A stretch of 56,080 nt of DNA, counting the filler, from Dirinaria sp. TL-2023a (taxonomy: Eukaryota): the NCBI GenBank assembly GCA_051941275.1. It is 2 parts of 2 records of this genome, joined end to end, with 100 filler letters (N's around TTAATTAATTAA, not from the genome) between each part and the next. Parts side by side here need not be neighbours in the genome. Positions count along the whole stretch, not along the records: positions 28,106 to 56,080 come from JAVEBF010000132.1; 1 more part is not named here. One strand, given 5' to 3'. Positions within the stretch are counted from its first letter, which is position 1. The number at the start of each line of letters is the position of its first letter. Position numbers and translations under genes: made by a program. This document shows, in pieces, positions 38,302 through 51,830 of this stretch. The notes beneath the pieces were generated by a model. It searched no databases. It was not told the origin of the DNA and saw only the letters and a program-made list of their open reading frames with translations.

Positions 38302-39682
38302 CTACCATGTAGTCTGCACTTTTGGGTAGTCTTTGGAGCTGAGGCCGAGATCTACAAAGACGGTGTCATCGCCTGCGAGTGATTAGTTCGTGAACAGAGA
38401 TGGTCAATGCATGCCCCGGGTACCTTTCAGATGCTCCACGCGTATCTCATCTTCGTGCTCCAACTTTTCCATCTCCTCTATGGGCTGGTCCTTGCCATCC
38501 CCTTCGTCTTGGTTCTGCTGGCCGGCTGCCTTCTCCAAAGCCTGTTCCTTGTGACCTATCAGAAGCAATTGTGTGTTCTCATAATCCAGATGTTTGGGTT
38601 GCAAGGGCATCCAGCGAAGGCTGCGGAATTCATCTAAAAGCCTATTTACGGTGTTAACAAGCGGGTGTTATTTACTTCTTCGGGCCATCGTACTCTTGCG
38701 GATATTCTGGCCCCTTCGGTAAATTGGCGTTAGCGGGACCAGAATAAGAAGGATTCTTAACACTAGTAACGAAGCTGCCGCGTTGCTGAAGCCCTATGTC
38801 TAGCTGTACTTCGGTAACTTCGGATGGAATTGTCAAGATATAGGCGAGATGAGACTCACGCCCTGTTGAGGTGATGGCATAGACTCCCTCTGCAAGAGGA
38901 GCCATCGCTGGCGTGTGGCGAGTTCCCGCGGTTTTGGTCGCGTAATCCGAAGAACCCATACTTGCCCTGAGATCTTCCAAGCCGACCTTCGCCTTCTCGA
39001 CAAAAGTCATGAACCTATCTTTCGGGCTCTTCGGAAGGACCTTCTTTGGGAGCGCAAGCAACCGATTCTGCCCTTCATCGCCAATTGGGCCCTCCCCAAG
39101 TTTAGCTCCATGAGGCATAGGTCGTAGCACGATATAGCTTCTGGCAATCTCATCGGGGTTGCTTGGCTCGTCGACGCCTACTCGGCCTCGTTCGAAGAAG
39201 TAAATGATGCCTTTTTCCAATATGCTTGATGGAGTTGACTCTTCCCGTTGGGTCGAGGTTTCAACTGCACTCTTCTCATTCGTCTCCACCGCGCTCTGGC
39301 CACCATTTTGACTCGTATACTCCACATTGGCTGTGTTGTCCACCTCCGGACCTTGATCGTGCTCGGATGTTTCCTTGCCGTTCTGAGCTTTCTCATTCAC
39401 CCCCTTTTCTTCTGCGGCCTCCTGTTTCGGCTCAGTAGCATCTTCGATTTCTACACCATCCTTAGTTCCTGTTTCATCCCGAGGCATAGTCTCTTCGAGA
39501 GTGGCTTGCTCCTTCTTATCTCCTTTCTTGCCGCGCTTGGCTTTCGGGCTAGCACCGGCACCAGCTTTGCGCTTGCTACCTGCGGCTCCACCATCGCTTC
39601 CTTGCTTGCTTTGAGAGGAATTAGGGCTGGAGCTGGCGGCTGCCGCAGCAGCCTGTCGCGCTGATGAGCGTGTACCAGCCAT
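38302..39682 (-). CDS. Conserved fungal hypothetical protein with basic/acidic N-terminus, 3 exons
   Basis: MAGTRSSARQ.., ILEKGIIYFFERGRVG, RSYIVLRP, RLLALPKKVLP, AEGVYAI, HLAYILTIP, SFVTSVKNP, LDYENTQLLLIG, ending GDDTVFVDLGLSSKDYPKVQTTW. Canonical introns link ORFs 38672-39682 and 38404-38610. Confidence 0.85.
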
Positions 39683-39963
39683 TGGGAGAGATGAATTGAA
39701 TTAAACAGGCTCAGAGCTCAACAAGAGATTTCGGGGATATTGAGAAAGTCGACGGATCTCCTGGGGTGAAGGGGATAATCGCAAAATATCGCTACTTTAG
39801 CAATAATAGCTAAAGTAAGCTAGCACGATGTGGTCGTGCAGAAGGAGAGCAAAGGCCTCTAACTATCGGAAATTGATAAAGAAAGACGGTTTGATTGGAA
39901 GGGAAAGAAAGCGCAAAGCATTGATCTTTGTGGAGACATCTGAGATGCTCATGCAGTCGCGTC

Positions 39964-40175
39964 TAGGTAAGGTACTGTAGTCTTACTTACATTAGGTATT
40001 ACCTAAGGTACTTTACCTGAAGTTTATTCAGGCAGTTTACTTTAGTTTAGGTAAGGTGAGATACCTACCTAATGCTACCTTACTTCATCGAACGCCAGTC
40101 TACGTTACGTCATGCCGATCATGCCGGTTCTAAGGTAAGGTAAGGTAAGGTAGTGATGTACTCTTTCCTACCTTA
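39964..40175. repeat. Dense cluster of TACCT/AGGTA pentamer repeats, including (TAAGG)4 and a 15-bp palindrome
   Basis: TAGGTAAGGTA 39964-39974, TTAGGTATTACCTAA 39992-40006, TAAGGTAAGGTAAGGTAAGGTA 40131-40152, plus several TACCT copies. Confidence 0.85.
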
Positions 40176-40409
40176 ATGTATGGGACGAATGATGAAGAGC
40201 TTGGGCCTTTAAGCCATTGTGCTGCAGTAGTAAAATGGCACAAAGAAGAAACGATCAGCCCCGAATTGTGCGACAGTGGCCTTTGCTGGGAGCCTGGTTG
40301 ATACATATGTTACCTTAGGTTTCTGCTACAATAGACCCGTTTTTTTGCCTGAAAAAAGGAAGCCCATAAGGTAGAGTAAATACATCGGATCACCGGCTTC
40401 TCATTGTAA

Positions 40410-42818
40410 TTACATCAACGTGCATCTGCTTTGCTTGCACTGCTCGTAGTATCCTTCCTCTTCTTCCTTACCCAATGCAATACCTGGTCTTCTTTGAACA
40501 CCCTTAACAGTCATATTCTGCTTTCCTGGCCCATGCTGCCACCTTAATCTCTGCATCATCCCGCGGTCGGCATCGTCAGCGCTGATAGTCCATTTACCGC
40601 TGCTGACCTCTACTTGAGTGTTCTCATGAGGAAAGTGGAAGGCGGGAAGAAAGATCTCAGTAGGGACATCCTCGGTCGCAGCCTCATCACAGTCGAGTGC
40701 AAAGCTGAAGGTTGCATTGCGCAGGTCGAATCCGTAGGAGGTAACCTTCCCAACCGTCGCGATTGGGCTGGGGCGAACGTACGCTTCGGCAGCTCGGAAG
40801 CCTGGGATACTCCCGAGATCGGGCGAGGCCTTGATTTGCTGCGACGATATTGTCGGGGTCTTCAATGTCGCTTTCAAATTTCTAGGAGACACTGGTGAGC
40901 CATCCGTTGAGCGACTATTGGAGTAAGAAGGCGAGGCCTGATCCACTGACACGCTGGAAGTATCCGCAGATTTGTTTGCATTGGGTGATAGGTGCGAAGG
41001 CAGAAGTTTGTCATCCAACGAGAATATAGACAAGTCCTCCCCATTCCACATGTCGCCCCATTCGTGGTTATTCTACAGCCGTCAGCCCCAGAGATGACTC
41101 GCGACATCGACGAGCAGATCCGTACTCACCATGACGGTATAAGTCCACAAGGTAAAACCGTTCGCACCACTGCCTTCTATAGCAAAATGGTTCGCATCCA
41201 TGGCCGATGACTGACTTGTGTAGTCACCAGTCTTGTATGCATATTTATCGTCCATATCGTAAGGAATGCCTATCTCGGTAAAAACACATGGGTGATGGCC
41301 CATGTAGTCGGTGCCTTCTTTTCTTATAGCAGACAATTGGTCGCGGAAGCAATTGCGTATTGCCGTCTCCCCAACCTTGACAGCAAAAGCTGGCGCCATA
41401 TACTTTCCTCGCAGTATGCCAAAGACATCCACATTCCAGTATCGATTCCTGCATCCATTAGCAGGGGTTCATTTATTTAGAAAACCCGGCATCACTTACC
41501 ACTTTTTCATCATCAGTGTAACGCCATCGTAGTAATGTGGGGAGAAGACCAAGTCCGCAGTGTCATCTTCAGTCCCTTTCAAAGTAGGAGGGATCTCCAA
41601 AACCGGAGGTTGACAAAACATAATTGCATCTGAATGGACACTTTTGATAGCTTGCCTATGCTTGCGGTAATAGTCCATGAACCAATGATTTGTGAAATAC
41701 TCATAATCAAGCTTTTCGCCGGTTTTTGGATGCCTTGCAAAGTAATCCTTCCTTAGTAACTGATCATTAGACGGGTCCCAGACTCCATGCTGAGCCCAGA
41801 GACATTCTCCGAGTTTCCAGCCAGGATCTCGTTTCCAGCCATACTGCGCATCGTCATAATCTGCAGATAGCCATGCAATCTCGCCCTTGGGATCTACTAG
41901 CTCAGTTCCTGATTTGTAAGGGCCGAAACTACCAAAGTCCCAAGTGTCCATTTCACAAGCTCTTCCAGACCCAGTCAAGATTGCTTGCCAAGCGGTCGGT
42001 GATGGGCCTTTCTGAAGCCTTTGCTCAGAGGGTATTACGGATAGATCTTGCCATCCGATGAGGCCTCTGTTTGGTTCGTTGATGCTTTCCCAGCCGATGA
42101 CAACATCATTCTCAAGATCACCGGCTTCTTTGATCCTTACTGCAAGATGCTTACACGCGGCTATGAAATGTTCTTGCAGGTAGTCCTGGATGTTCTTGCC
42201 GTCGATGATGGCTTTCGGCGCAAAGTCTCTACCTCCAAAGAATAGCGTGAATATGACTTGGCAAGCTAATCGCGTATAATTGGTCGCCCAGATCATTTTT
42301 GGAAACTGGGCAGGATCAGGATACGTGTTGTGGACCAAAGACGCCTGTGTAGCCAGGAATTTCTTTGGATCCAGACCCATGGAGTAGATCGTCCACATGG
42401 GCGCTCCTGAGCCGCCAGTAAACCTTGACCAGACATCTTGATGGGGGTCTATAAAAACATAGAACCCATATTGCTTTGCTAACCTCAACACGCTAATGGT
42501 GTGCTGGCACCATTCTTCATCGTACTTGCTAGGTCCTGCATGCTCTATAGCTTCCCAGGTGAATATATATCTGATTGTATTGTAACCCCAACTCTTTAAC
42601 CTTGAAAAGTGGGTTTGTGCTTCTTCTATTGAGAAAGGTCTGCCAACGAAGGACAAGTTGTCGCCTTCGAAAAAATGGTCAGGAACGTTGGATGGCACGT
42701 CTGGCGATGTCGGAAATTTGGCATCTCCAGCGACATTAATTCCTCTCAGAGTGATCTCTCGGTTCGCGGTATCCCTGAAAAGACGGCCATCTATATGTAG
42801 GCGGAGAGGTGCCATCAA
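40410..42818 (-). CDS. GH5 subfamily 12 endoglycoceramidase-related / steryl-beta-glucosidase (EGCrP2/Egh1-like), 3 exons
   Basis: LRGINV, FVGRPF, TWEAIEHAGP, DPHQDVWSRFTGGSGAP, acid/base WESINEP, PHYYDG, nucleophile region FTEIGIP, WNGEDLS, RPSPIATVG. C-terminus ends CTLM. Confidence 0.92.
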
Positions 42819-44059
42819 TGAAACTCGGATTGCAGCTGCTCTGGTCAGCAGTGATGCAATGGTATGCCTGTACTCGAGCCCGGGATACTATTCAAATTCA
42901 CTGCGTGACTTGAGTGGTCAACATTGAGAACATCCTAATCTTGAATGAATCACATCGTGACTGCGTCGAGGGCTGACGCTGGTGCCTGCACTTAGCCAGG
43001 ACGAGAGTACATGCTCAGGTCTTTGTACCACAAGTTTCTTGACTTGTTACTCGTTGCAAAACTCCAACTGATGGGGTAGATACGAGTAGAGACGCTGAGC
43101 CCAAGGAAGCATGCGCTCTTTCGCCTCCGCACCAGCAGTGATGATCGTGACCATCCTTTTCGGGCCGTTTTGCCGGATCTTGATGCCAAGCAAATGGATA
43201 TCTATCAAGTAATGTACCTTACCTAGATGTAAGACCCTTTAGTAACTCCCTCTCCCTTCTTCCCTTTCAGAAAACCTTGAGAAAGTTATAGGATCGAGGC
43301 ATATTTCTTTTTCTCGTAGCAAATTAATGAATCCTTCCTAATCTACAAAAACTTTTTCAATTGCAAAGACGATTATCCCTACTCTGCTTACATTTGGCAA
43401 CTTCTAGTAATGGATAGTGACGGTATAGCAAGAAATTTTCCCAGGAAAGGGTGGAGCAGAGAGGAGGGAGAGCATACATGTAGAATTGGGAGCTCGAGAG
43501 TATTTTCAATTGAATACGAGTACTGAGCATCGCGGTACAGTGTTGCCGGCAATTGGATCATAGTAGGTCTTACTATGAGGTGTTTTGCACATGTGTGCTT
43601 GCAGCACATAGATTTCCAAGAACAAATCCAGAAAACACTCCCCTACCGAGACATCTTCTGCCAATTGTGTTCTCTACCGAGAACAGATTTACCTACCTGT
43701 TGCTATTCATTCCATGCGGTAGCTGCACAGTCCTTGCTTACCCTGGCAACCATGTACTGGGGAGCATTTTATTTTTCAGTGTAGCGAAAGCTTTCAACAT
43801 ATGTATGCTTGCGATGACTAGTGCTCAAGGAGCTAAATAGCGTGAGTCAAAGGCTCAACTGAAAGGCCTTTTCCGGCTCTGCCAATTCGACCACTTTCCT
43901 CTCAAAATCGCTCTCGAGACACTATCTGAGGCTTTGGATCAAGTCGAATCCTTGTAGGGGATGGCTCTTATGTCTGCATGTGATAGCGAAACTTTTCCTA
44001 ATTTGTCCTTGAGAATAGGGTGTTTCTTGGTGAATAATGAGTTAGTAGCTTCCCATCGC

Positions 44060-45084
44060 TCATCGCCCTGGGAGCACACCCAACTCATTCCTAGGAGCCG
44101 AATCCAGCTCCGTCCTGGGCAGGCCGTGCAACTCGCTTGGTCTTTCCACCCCATTGATCTCGTGAGGGACCCATACATGGCTAATCTCAGCGATGCTGGG
44201 GAGTCCAATCTGTTCAAAAACATTGTCGGGAGCTTGATTTCGCCCAGGTCGTACCTTCCGCCGTGAAAGTGCATTGCGAGCTAAGAGGATAGCAATAATA
44301 AGCGCTAGGGCGCAGAAGATGCTACCGATACTTATGCCAGTTTTAGCGGCTGTGGTGAGGGTTTGAGAATGGGACGAGTGAGATGGTCTTGGGAGCGGTG
44401 TTGCGCTTATTACGGTCGTTGAAGGGGAAACTGTGGGTGAGGCATTCGTTGATGATGAGGACGATGAGATTGAGGATGATGAAGATGATGAAGTAAGTGC
44501 TATTGCGGTTGACGACGATGTTACTGCACTACGAGTGACGTCTCCACCAAGCAAATGCAGAGCTGAGATACCCCATGTTCGCGGCTCGACGGCGCCATCT
44601 GATATAAGGTCGAAGTTCGGAGTGTTCGCAAAGTCGTCTCCCTCGAAGTTCTCAAGTTGCATATGGCAGATACCCTCGTTGTCATAGTCACTATAATCGA
44701 ACGATTGAGGGTTGGTACCATTTGTTGATACCTGCTGGTGGTACACTGTTTGACCCCCCCGTGTTGTTAGCGCTTGCTTTTTGTTTTATTGCATTTTGCC
44801 TCTTCATCTTTTCTGAATGGAAAGGTCCTATGCGGATGTAACTTACCGTACGTCGTAGACTGGGGTTCGGTATGGCTGGGTGCACACCAGAGATTTATCC
44901 AAGGGCCCTCGATGTTGGAAGTCCAGGTGAAATAGACAGTGTCCTTATAATTGAAGGTCAAATTGCGGTTTTGGGGGCTAGGGTAGATCCAGTCCACATA
45001 TGCGCTACAACAAGACGCAAGGACACAAAGCAAGAGCAAGGAGATAGAGCCATATTCAGTGTTTGTAGTCTTGAAGAAAGGCAT
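44060..45084 (-). CDS. Single-pass cell-surface protein: signal peptide, small Cys-containing domain, Ser/Thr stalk, TM, tail with xEL repeats; 2 exons
   Basis: ISLLLLCVLASCCSA signal, WTSN..INLWC domain, intron GTAAGT..GCTAAC..CAG, poly-Ser/Thr, AKTGISIGSIFCALALIIAILL TM, tail PSELHGLPRTELDSAPRNEL. Confidence 0.75.
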
Positions 45085-46055
45085 ATGAAGGACAGACAGG
45101 CTCCCTTTTCTCGGAAAAAAATGGGCGACTCGAAGAAATATTCGAGCTAAAAAAGAAACATGAAACAATTGACCCCGAGGCTGAGGTTGTGCAGAACCCC
45201 CAGTCATAAAGGTACTTCGATGAAAGCCTTGCCATATCCAAAGCCTTGCAGCCTGCCAGTATTCTGCATTTCGACGCAAACAAGCGAACATATCAGCAAC
45301 ATCATCTCAGAAGAGTAGGGCTATCCATGGCAGACGAATCAATTCATTTCCTGGTAGTATAAGGTCATATAATAAGCTCACTGGAACATGCTCAATGAGC
45401 TTCAAATACTTAAGCAGTACCCACAGAAAGGATTTGATGAATGCGGTGACTACAGACGCTAGGTAAGTACCGCTACTCGTTCGCCCCTGTGAGCCCCTTG
45501 AGAGATTGTGCCAAGACGCTAGACCCGCTCCTGTAAGGTAGGTACCTTAGTTGCGCCTCAATCATCAATGAACCGAAATTGGTGTTCAAGTACGCTCTGA
45601 GGTACGTTTCTGAAAGCTTTGCTGATATTCAGGCTTTTCAAAAGTGAATAAATATCTTGCACCGAGTTTGATTGGCTTCCTTACATTAGTGGTTCTCCTT
45701 ACTGTCGAAGCCTTTACAAAAACATTCAACTCAGAATGACTTCTGTTAGCACTCTATCCGTAGTGTCAAATTCAAGACAAACAGTGTTTAGCTGTGCAAC
45801 AATACACCACTCATAGAGTGTTTCAACTTTCCCCATTTGCATTAGGCTCAGGTAAATTAACCTAGCTTTACCTTCTTTTTTAGGGATATCACAAGTCGGA
45901 AAGCATTCAAAGTATGAGGTATCACATGCTACCAATATAAATCCCATAATAAATAAAAAAAGCAGTTTGTTATCATCATATCAACACTACCCACAGACAT
46001 TCACCATCTTTGAGCAGTCTTATACTAATGCTCAGTGTGAAAGTCTCCAAATAAA

Positions 46056-49000
46056 ATGTCCTTTACGAAAACGACGCTCAAGGCCGCCAAAAGCGCTCTA
46101 GATGCACAGAAATATGAAGAAGCCATCGAGCAGGCAAAGATTGTGCTCGGTTCAGATCCCAAAAATTATCATGCGTAGGCTTGTACCTTGACCTGGTATA
46201 TGCCCACTAGGTTTACTGATCTATTCGCCCCTGCAGAAATGTATTCTTAGGCTTGGCATTCGATAAACAGAATGAGAATGACAAGTCGGAGCAAGCATAC
46301 AACAATGCAATTTCTATCAAGGAAAATGACCCTTTGGTTTGGCAAGGTCAGATTGCTCTCTACGAAAAGCAAGGTGATAAGAAAATCAATGAATACTATA
46401 ACGCCGCTCTTCAACTTGCCCAAATTTACATGGTAGCGGATGATAGGGACCGCTGCCAGGCAGTTATAGATAAGTTCGTCGATTTTGCCAGGAAATGTGG
46501 ATCACCTGCGCAATACAGACATTCATTAAGCGTTCTGCTTCCTACAAGTCCAATCTATGATTATCTCGAAGGGCGCATCATGCACCCCGCCTACACATAT
46601 ACTAAGATCACAGACATTCTGGAGCATGAAGAGCAAGAACAGATTAATAGGGCTATCGGGCAACGCCGAACCAGGCTTGGAGCAAGGATTGACCGGGTCA
46701 CTGTGGAAGTCAAGCAAGAGGTCTTTCAAAACAGCCAGCTTGAGGAATTGTACCAGTGCATTATTGACTGGACTGACGATGACGGCGTTAGGCGTCAATA
46801 CGAAGAAAGGCTTCTGCAGCGTTCTTACGATACTTTGGCGGTACTGCCAAGCCACGCGAAAGCCGACAAGAGGGAGCAAGTGCTGTCACAGGCAAGAGGC
46901 TTAGTGCTACTCAAACATCCTTTTGCACTTGGATGGAAAGTAGTGCTTGAATGGAGCGATGTGGAAAGCATTGTCGAGTTGGACGTCGGGCTCCTGAGAG
47001 AATTTGTTATTTTCTTCCCGGACGACGGACTAAGCAAAGTACTACGGGGATTCTTGGAAAGCGAAATTTCTCCATTCCCTAAGCCCCCAATAAAGGAGCC
47101 CGAAGAATTGGGCCCACATGACGCGAAGGAGCCGGAGATTTCTGCTTCGTTGACTCCCGAAGATCAACTTCTATCAATGACGGAAGGTGTGGAAGATGGC
47201 TCTTTATCTGCATTATCCAAACGGCTCATGGGGGAATATCTCCTATTTCTTCAGGAAAATGAAGCCGCGGCAGACACTGCGCAGAAAGGGCTAGAAAACT
47301 TAAGAACTCAATCCCAAATTTCAGGCCTTGCCTTCATGGATACCAAAGATGCACTCAACATCATTCTAGCCACAGCATTGGTGCATCATCAGGCTCCAAG
47401 GCACCACATTGAGGCAAGGGAAATTTTCTCTAGTATACTTAAGCGGAAGCCAACGAATTCAGCAGCGTTGATTGGTTTGGGCCTCATTTTGGAAGAAGAA
47501 GAGGAATATGCCGATGCTGTTACCTTTTTTGACAGGGTACTAGCACGAACTTCGGACACGAAGATCAAAGCAGAAGCTGCCTGGTGCAAAGCACTCGATG
47601 GGCAGTACGAGACTGGCATGCGAGAGCTCGAATGCTGTCTGGAAGAATTGAAAGCGCAGGAAAATTATAACAAACTCCTGAAAGCTCAGATACTGCACCA
47701 TATCGGTATCTGCATGTGGACGCTGAACTCTTCAAAAGCCGCAAGGAGAGATCGAAACGGAGCATACGCTTGCTTTCTAGCATCAATACAGGCCGATGTC
47801 AATTTTGCGCCTTCCTACACAAGTCTTGGAATTTTTTATTCTGATTACGCCAAAGATAAGAAGCGTGCACGTAAATGTTTCCAGAAAGCTTTTGAGCTTT
47901 CTTCCTCAGAAATAGAAGCCGCGGAGCGCCTTGCCAGAAACTTCGCAAAGAACCGTGAGTGGGATTTAGTGGAAGTTGTGGCCCAACGTTTGATAGAGTC
48001 TGGCAAAGTAAGACCTGCACCCGGCTCAAAAAGGAAAGGGTTTAGCTGGCCTTACGCTGCTCTGGGCGTGGTCCAGCTCCATAACCAAGAATACATCAAA
48101 AGCATCGTCTCCTTTCAATCAGCCTTACGGATGTCACCGGATGATTACCACAGCTGGGTAGGACTTGGTGAGAGCTATTCGAATTCTGGTCGCTATATTG
48201 CAGCTACAAGAGCATTTGAGCAAGCGCAGAAGCTTGAAAATGATCCTCATTTTACTGCCATCGATGAGAGCTGGTTCTCGGAATATATGTTAGCCAATGT
48301 ACAAAGAGAGCTTGGCGAATTTGAGGTAGCTGTGATCGGCTACCAAAGCGTCCTTTCGAACAGACCAAAAGAGTACGGTGTATCCTTAGCGCTTCTACAG
48401 ACGCTTGTGGAAGGCGCCTGGCGCCAACTCGAGCTTGGCCTTTATGGGCGTGCTGCGCATCGTGCTGAGGAAGCCATCTATGCTGCTAAGGACATTGCTA
48501 GTTACACAGATGACTCTTTCAATCTATGGAAAGCCATTGGAGATGCGTGTGCAATATTCTCATGGACCGACCCAAACACGCCCGAGGTTCCCATGGAAAG
48601 TCTTCAAGAACTACTGCAGCATGGTATCGATCTCGACAAGTATAATATCATTGCGGATATTGATGGAACGGGCGCTCAAGTCCTCAAGCATCTAACAGAC
48701 AAAGGTGGGATCGAGCGCGCTAAGTCTGCTTGCAGCCAAGCAGCCATTCTCGCTCAAAAGCGTGCCCTTGCTCACAGTGCTAATGAACAGCACGCCAGAG
48801 CTGTGGCGTGGTACAACCTCGGGTGGATTGAGTATCGAGCTCACCTCGACGCACCAGAACGAACGAAGAAATCCCAGACGAAAAAGTACTCCGGTTTTCT
48901 TAAAGCCTGCCTTCAATGCTTCAAAAGAGCCATTGAACTCGAAGCGGGCAATGCGGACTTTTGGAACGCTTTGGGCATTGTGACGACCGATGTGAACCCT

Positions 49001-50332
49001 CAGGTAGCTCAACACTCATTCATTCGCAGTCTCTATCTCAATGAAAAGAGCGCTCGGGTATGGACGAATCTTGGTACCCTCTATCTCCTACAGGACGATC
49101 TTCAGCTGGCCAACGAAGCGTTCACCCGAGCACAGTCCACGGATCCAGATTACGCTAACGCTTGGCTTGCACAAGGTCTCTTGGCTCAAAGTCTTGGAGA
49201 AAATAAGGAGGCCCAGAATCTTTTCACTCACGCATTTGAGATTGCTGACTCGTCATCGGTCCTGATAAAGCGGCAGTATGCGCTATCGACGTTTGACCAC
49301 CTTCTCGCGCCACAATCGAGGTCCCCCGATCTTACAGACCTGCTCCAGCCGCTTCTCGCTACGAGACAACTTGGTTGCCAGACCGTAGGTGACCTTGCCT
49401 TTAGGCACTTGCTAGCGCTATTAGCCGAGAGAGCTGGCGACCAAACCACAGCAACCCACGAGCTGACTGAAATTTGTCAAAAGCTCGAGGAAGAGTTCGA
49501 AAGCTCTGAGTCCTCGACTATTCTTCTTCGCTTCGCACAAGCCCACAGCGACCTCAGTCGCGCGGCGCTAGCAGAACGAGATTACAGCGCTGCAATTGAG
49601 AGTTCTCAGACTGCGCTGGACCTTACCGCCGATGAAGGTGTGGAGCAAACGGCTCGCGCAAAAATACGGCTATGTGCGCACCTTGCTGCTGGATTGGCGA
49701 TGTATTATCAGGGTTCCATGGATCGGGCAATCGATATGTTCCGGAGTGCGCTGGAAGAAGCACCGTCAGATCCCGACATAGTATGCCTTCTGGTCCAAGT
49801 CCTATGGGCCAAAGGTGGCGACCAAGAGAGGAACGTAGCACGAGAGCAACTTTTTGACTGCGTTGGGAACTATCCGACTCACTTTGGAATCGTCACACTG
49901 CTTGGCGTTATAGCAGTCCTGGATGAGGATGAGGATACCTTGGACGCCGTTGCTGCCGATGTACAGGTTTTTCAGACGCGAGAAGATCTTGGGTTTCACC
50001 AAAAGCACAAAGTCGCCCAGCTGTTGACGGCTATAGCGAGCAGTCATCCTCGTGAGGCCGACGCTGAATGTGTGGTGATGTCGCAAGCACAGGAAAGGGT
50101 GATGCTTGCACCGTCGCAGCCCCATGGATGGACGGATTTGGCTGGTGTTGTCGATGACTTGTACCCGGCTGAGATGGGGCTATTGACCGCTAAGGGATCA
50201 GCACCGCCGGGGGGTTCTTTGGATGCAGAACATCTGTGCAAGGCTTATTCTGGAACGAATCGGGTAAATGATGCACAGAGATCTGTCATGGTGGCACCGT
50301 GGGCTGCTGCTGGCTGGCAAGCTCTTTCATAG
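46056..50332 (+). CDS. SKI3: Superkiller complex TPR protein Ski3 (TTC37), 2 exons
   Basis: MSFTKTTLKAAKSALDAQKYEEAIEQA..NYHA|NVFLGLA. About 1400 aa of TPR repeats with RARKCFQKAFEL, FQSALRMSPDDYHSWVGLGESY..GRYIAA and terminal AQRSVMVAPW..GW. Confidence 0.95.
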
Positions 50333-50466
50333 ATGAATTTCAGGGAGTCTTCACAATGCTCTTCTAGCGGCATGGCGGCGGTGGCTGGCAAAATGGATGG
50401 TGTTTCCCCTCGCTGTCAACAATCGCCTTGCATCAAATCAGAAAGTTGAAATCATAGTGGCGAATC

Positions 50467-51409
50467 TCAAGTTTTGTTGCCCGGATGATCTTCGCCCACT
50501 AATGCCAGGCAACGGTCCGTTAACTCTTGAACCCCAGGAACTCCGTGCCACGCTTCTAGTAAGCTCTTGATCTCTATCCATTCAGTGTCTGCCTCCTTTT
50601 TCTTGCCATCGCTGAGCATCAGTTGCAGTCGCTTTGGGGCTCCAAGGACCCATAAGACTGTATCTTGCTCATTCCTCCTTTTGGTGTCATCTACCGTTTC
50701 CCTTTCTGCCGTTGGAGATGCGTCCCTCGATGGCGACCCATCCTGCAGAGACCCAGCTAATGACCTCGCCGTCTCTGCAATATGCGATATAGCGGGAGAA
50801 AGAGTCGAGGTGGTAGGAGTTAGAGGATCCATATTTGTACGCATCTGCAATGCTGTGATCAGCGGATCGCCCGCCTACCCGAAGTACCATTCTAACGATA
50901 TGTATACCTTTCTTATTGTATCAGTCGCCGTAATGAGCTTTGAATAGTTATCGTAGACTAGCGCCTTCCTCTCCCCATCCAGAGCCTTGATGTCTATATC
51001 ATCTGCATGAGCACCCACCCACCACCAATTCTAGGAAAGAGCAGGAATCGTTACCATTGATCAAACCCCCTTCAACCCTCAGTACACCCTCTAACCCCTG
51101 ACTTGCCAACACTCCTCTCACATATGCTTCAGCGTCAAAACCCTCGACATCCAATTCGCCGACTCTGACTTCCACCTCCTCGTGCTGCTCGCCATTGCTC
51201 GCGTCGACCGGCGCCGCACTTTTTAAATTGTAGTAGTCTCTCAGAGCAGCCCGGTTCCGGCGCCGAGGAGCTTGGACGTTGCTTGCATTTGGGGCCTGCT
51301 GGGGGTTGAGAGCGGAACGGGTCGGAGACGCAGTGCGAGATAGGGAGTTTGTGGGCGTGGGAGAGGCGAGCGAGGAGAGGGACGTGCGGGGAGATGCTAT
51401 TGCTGACAT
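50467..51409 (-). CDS. VPS51: GARP complex subunit Vps51, 3 exons
   Basis: RRRNRAALRDYYNL, ELDVEGFDAEAYV, spliced DIKALDGERKALVYDNYSKLITATDTIRK|MRTNMDPL. Confidence 0.92.
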
Positions 51410-51830
51410 TATTGCAAGCCGGAATGTTCTGGTCTTTGTGAAGAAGAGAGTTTGGGATGCGGGAACGGCGGACTAAGGTACCTATCTAGGAAAATATGTA
51501 GCTCCCCGTTGCTACGTTTTTGGGTTCCGCTCACGGAAATATTTGGACCCTCCCGCGATCGCCATTCCCTCGAATGTCATGATTCTCTCTTGAAACAAAG
51601 ATTTCTTCGACGCTATGGCCTGAATCTCGGTACTGATGCAGGCAGGAGTCCTTCACGTTGAGTATGGATATCCCGGGAGCTACTACAATACTGGACAACG
51701 TAAGTTGTTCTGCAGAATATTCTTGACCTTGGATCAATAGAAACCGCCGGACTGAGTTCACGGTTCAAAAAGGCCCAGCGTAATATCTATCCCTCAAAAT
51801 CGATCTGATCACGAACTACTACTGGCCATA

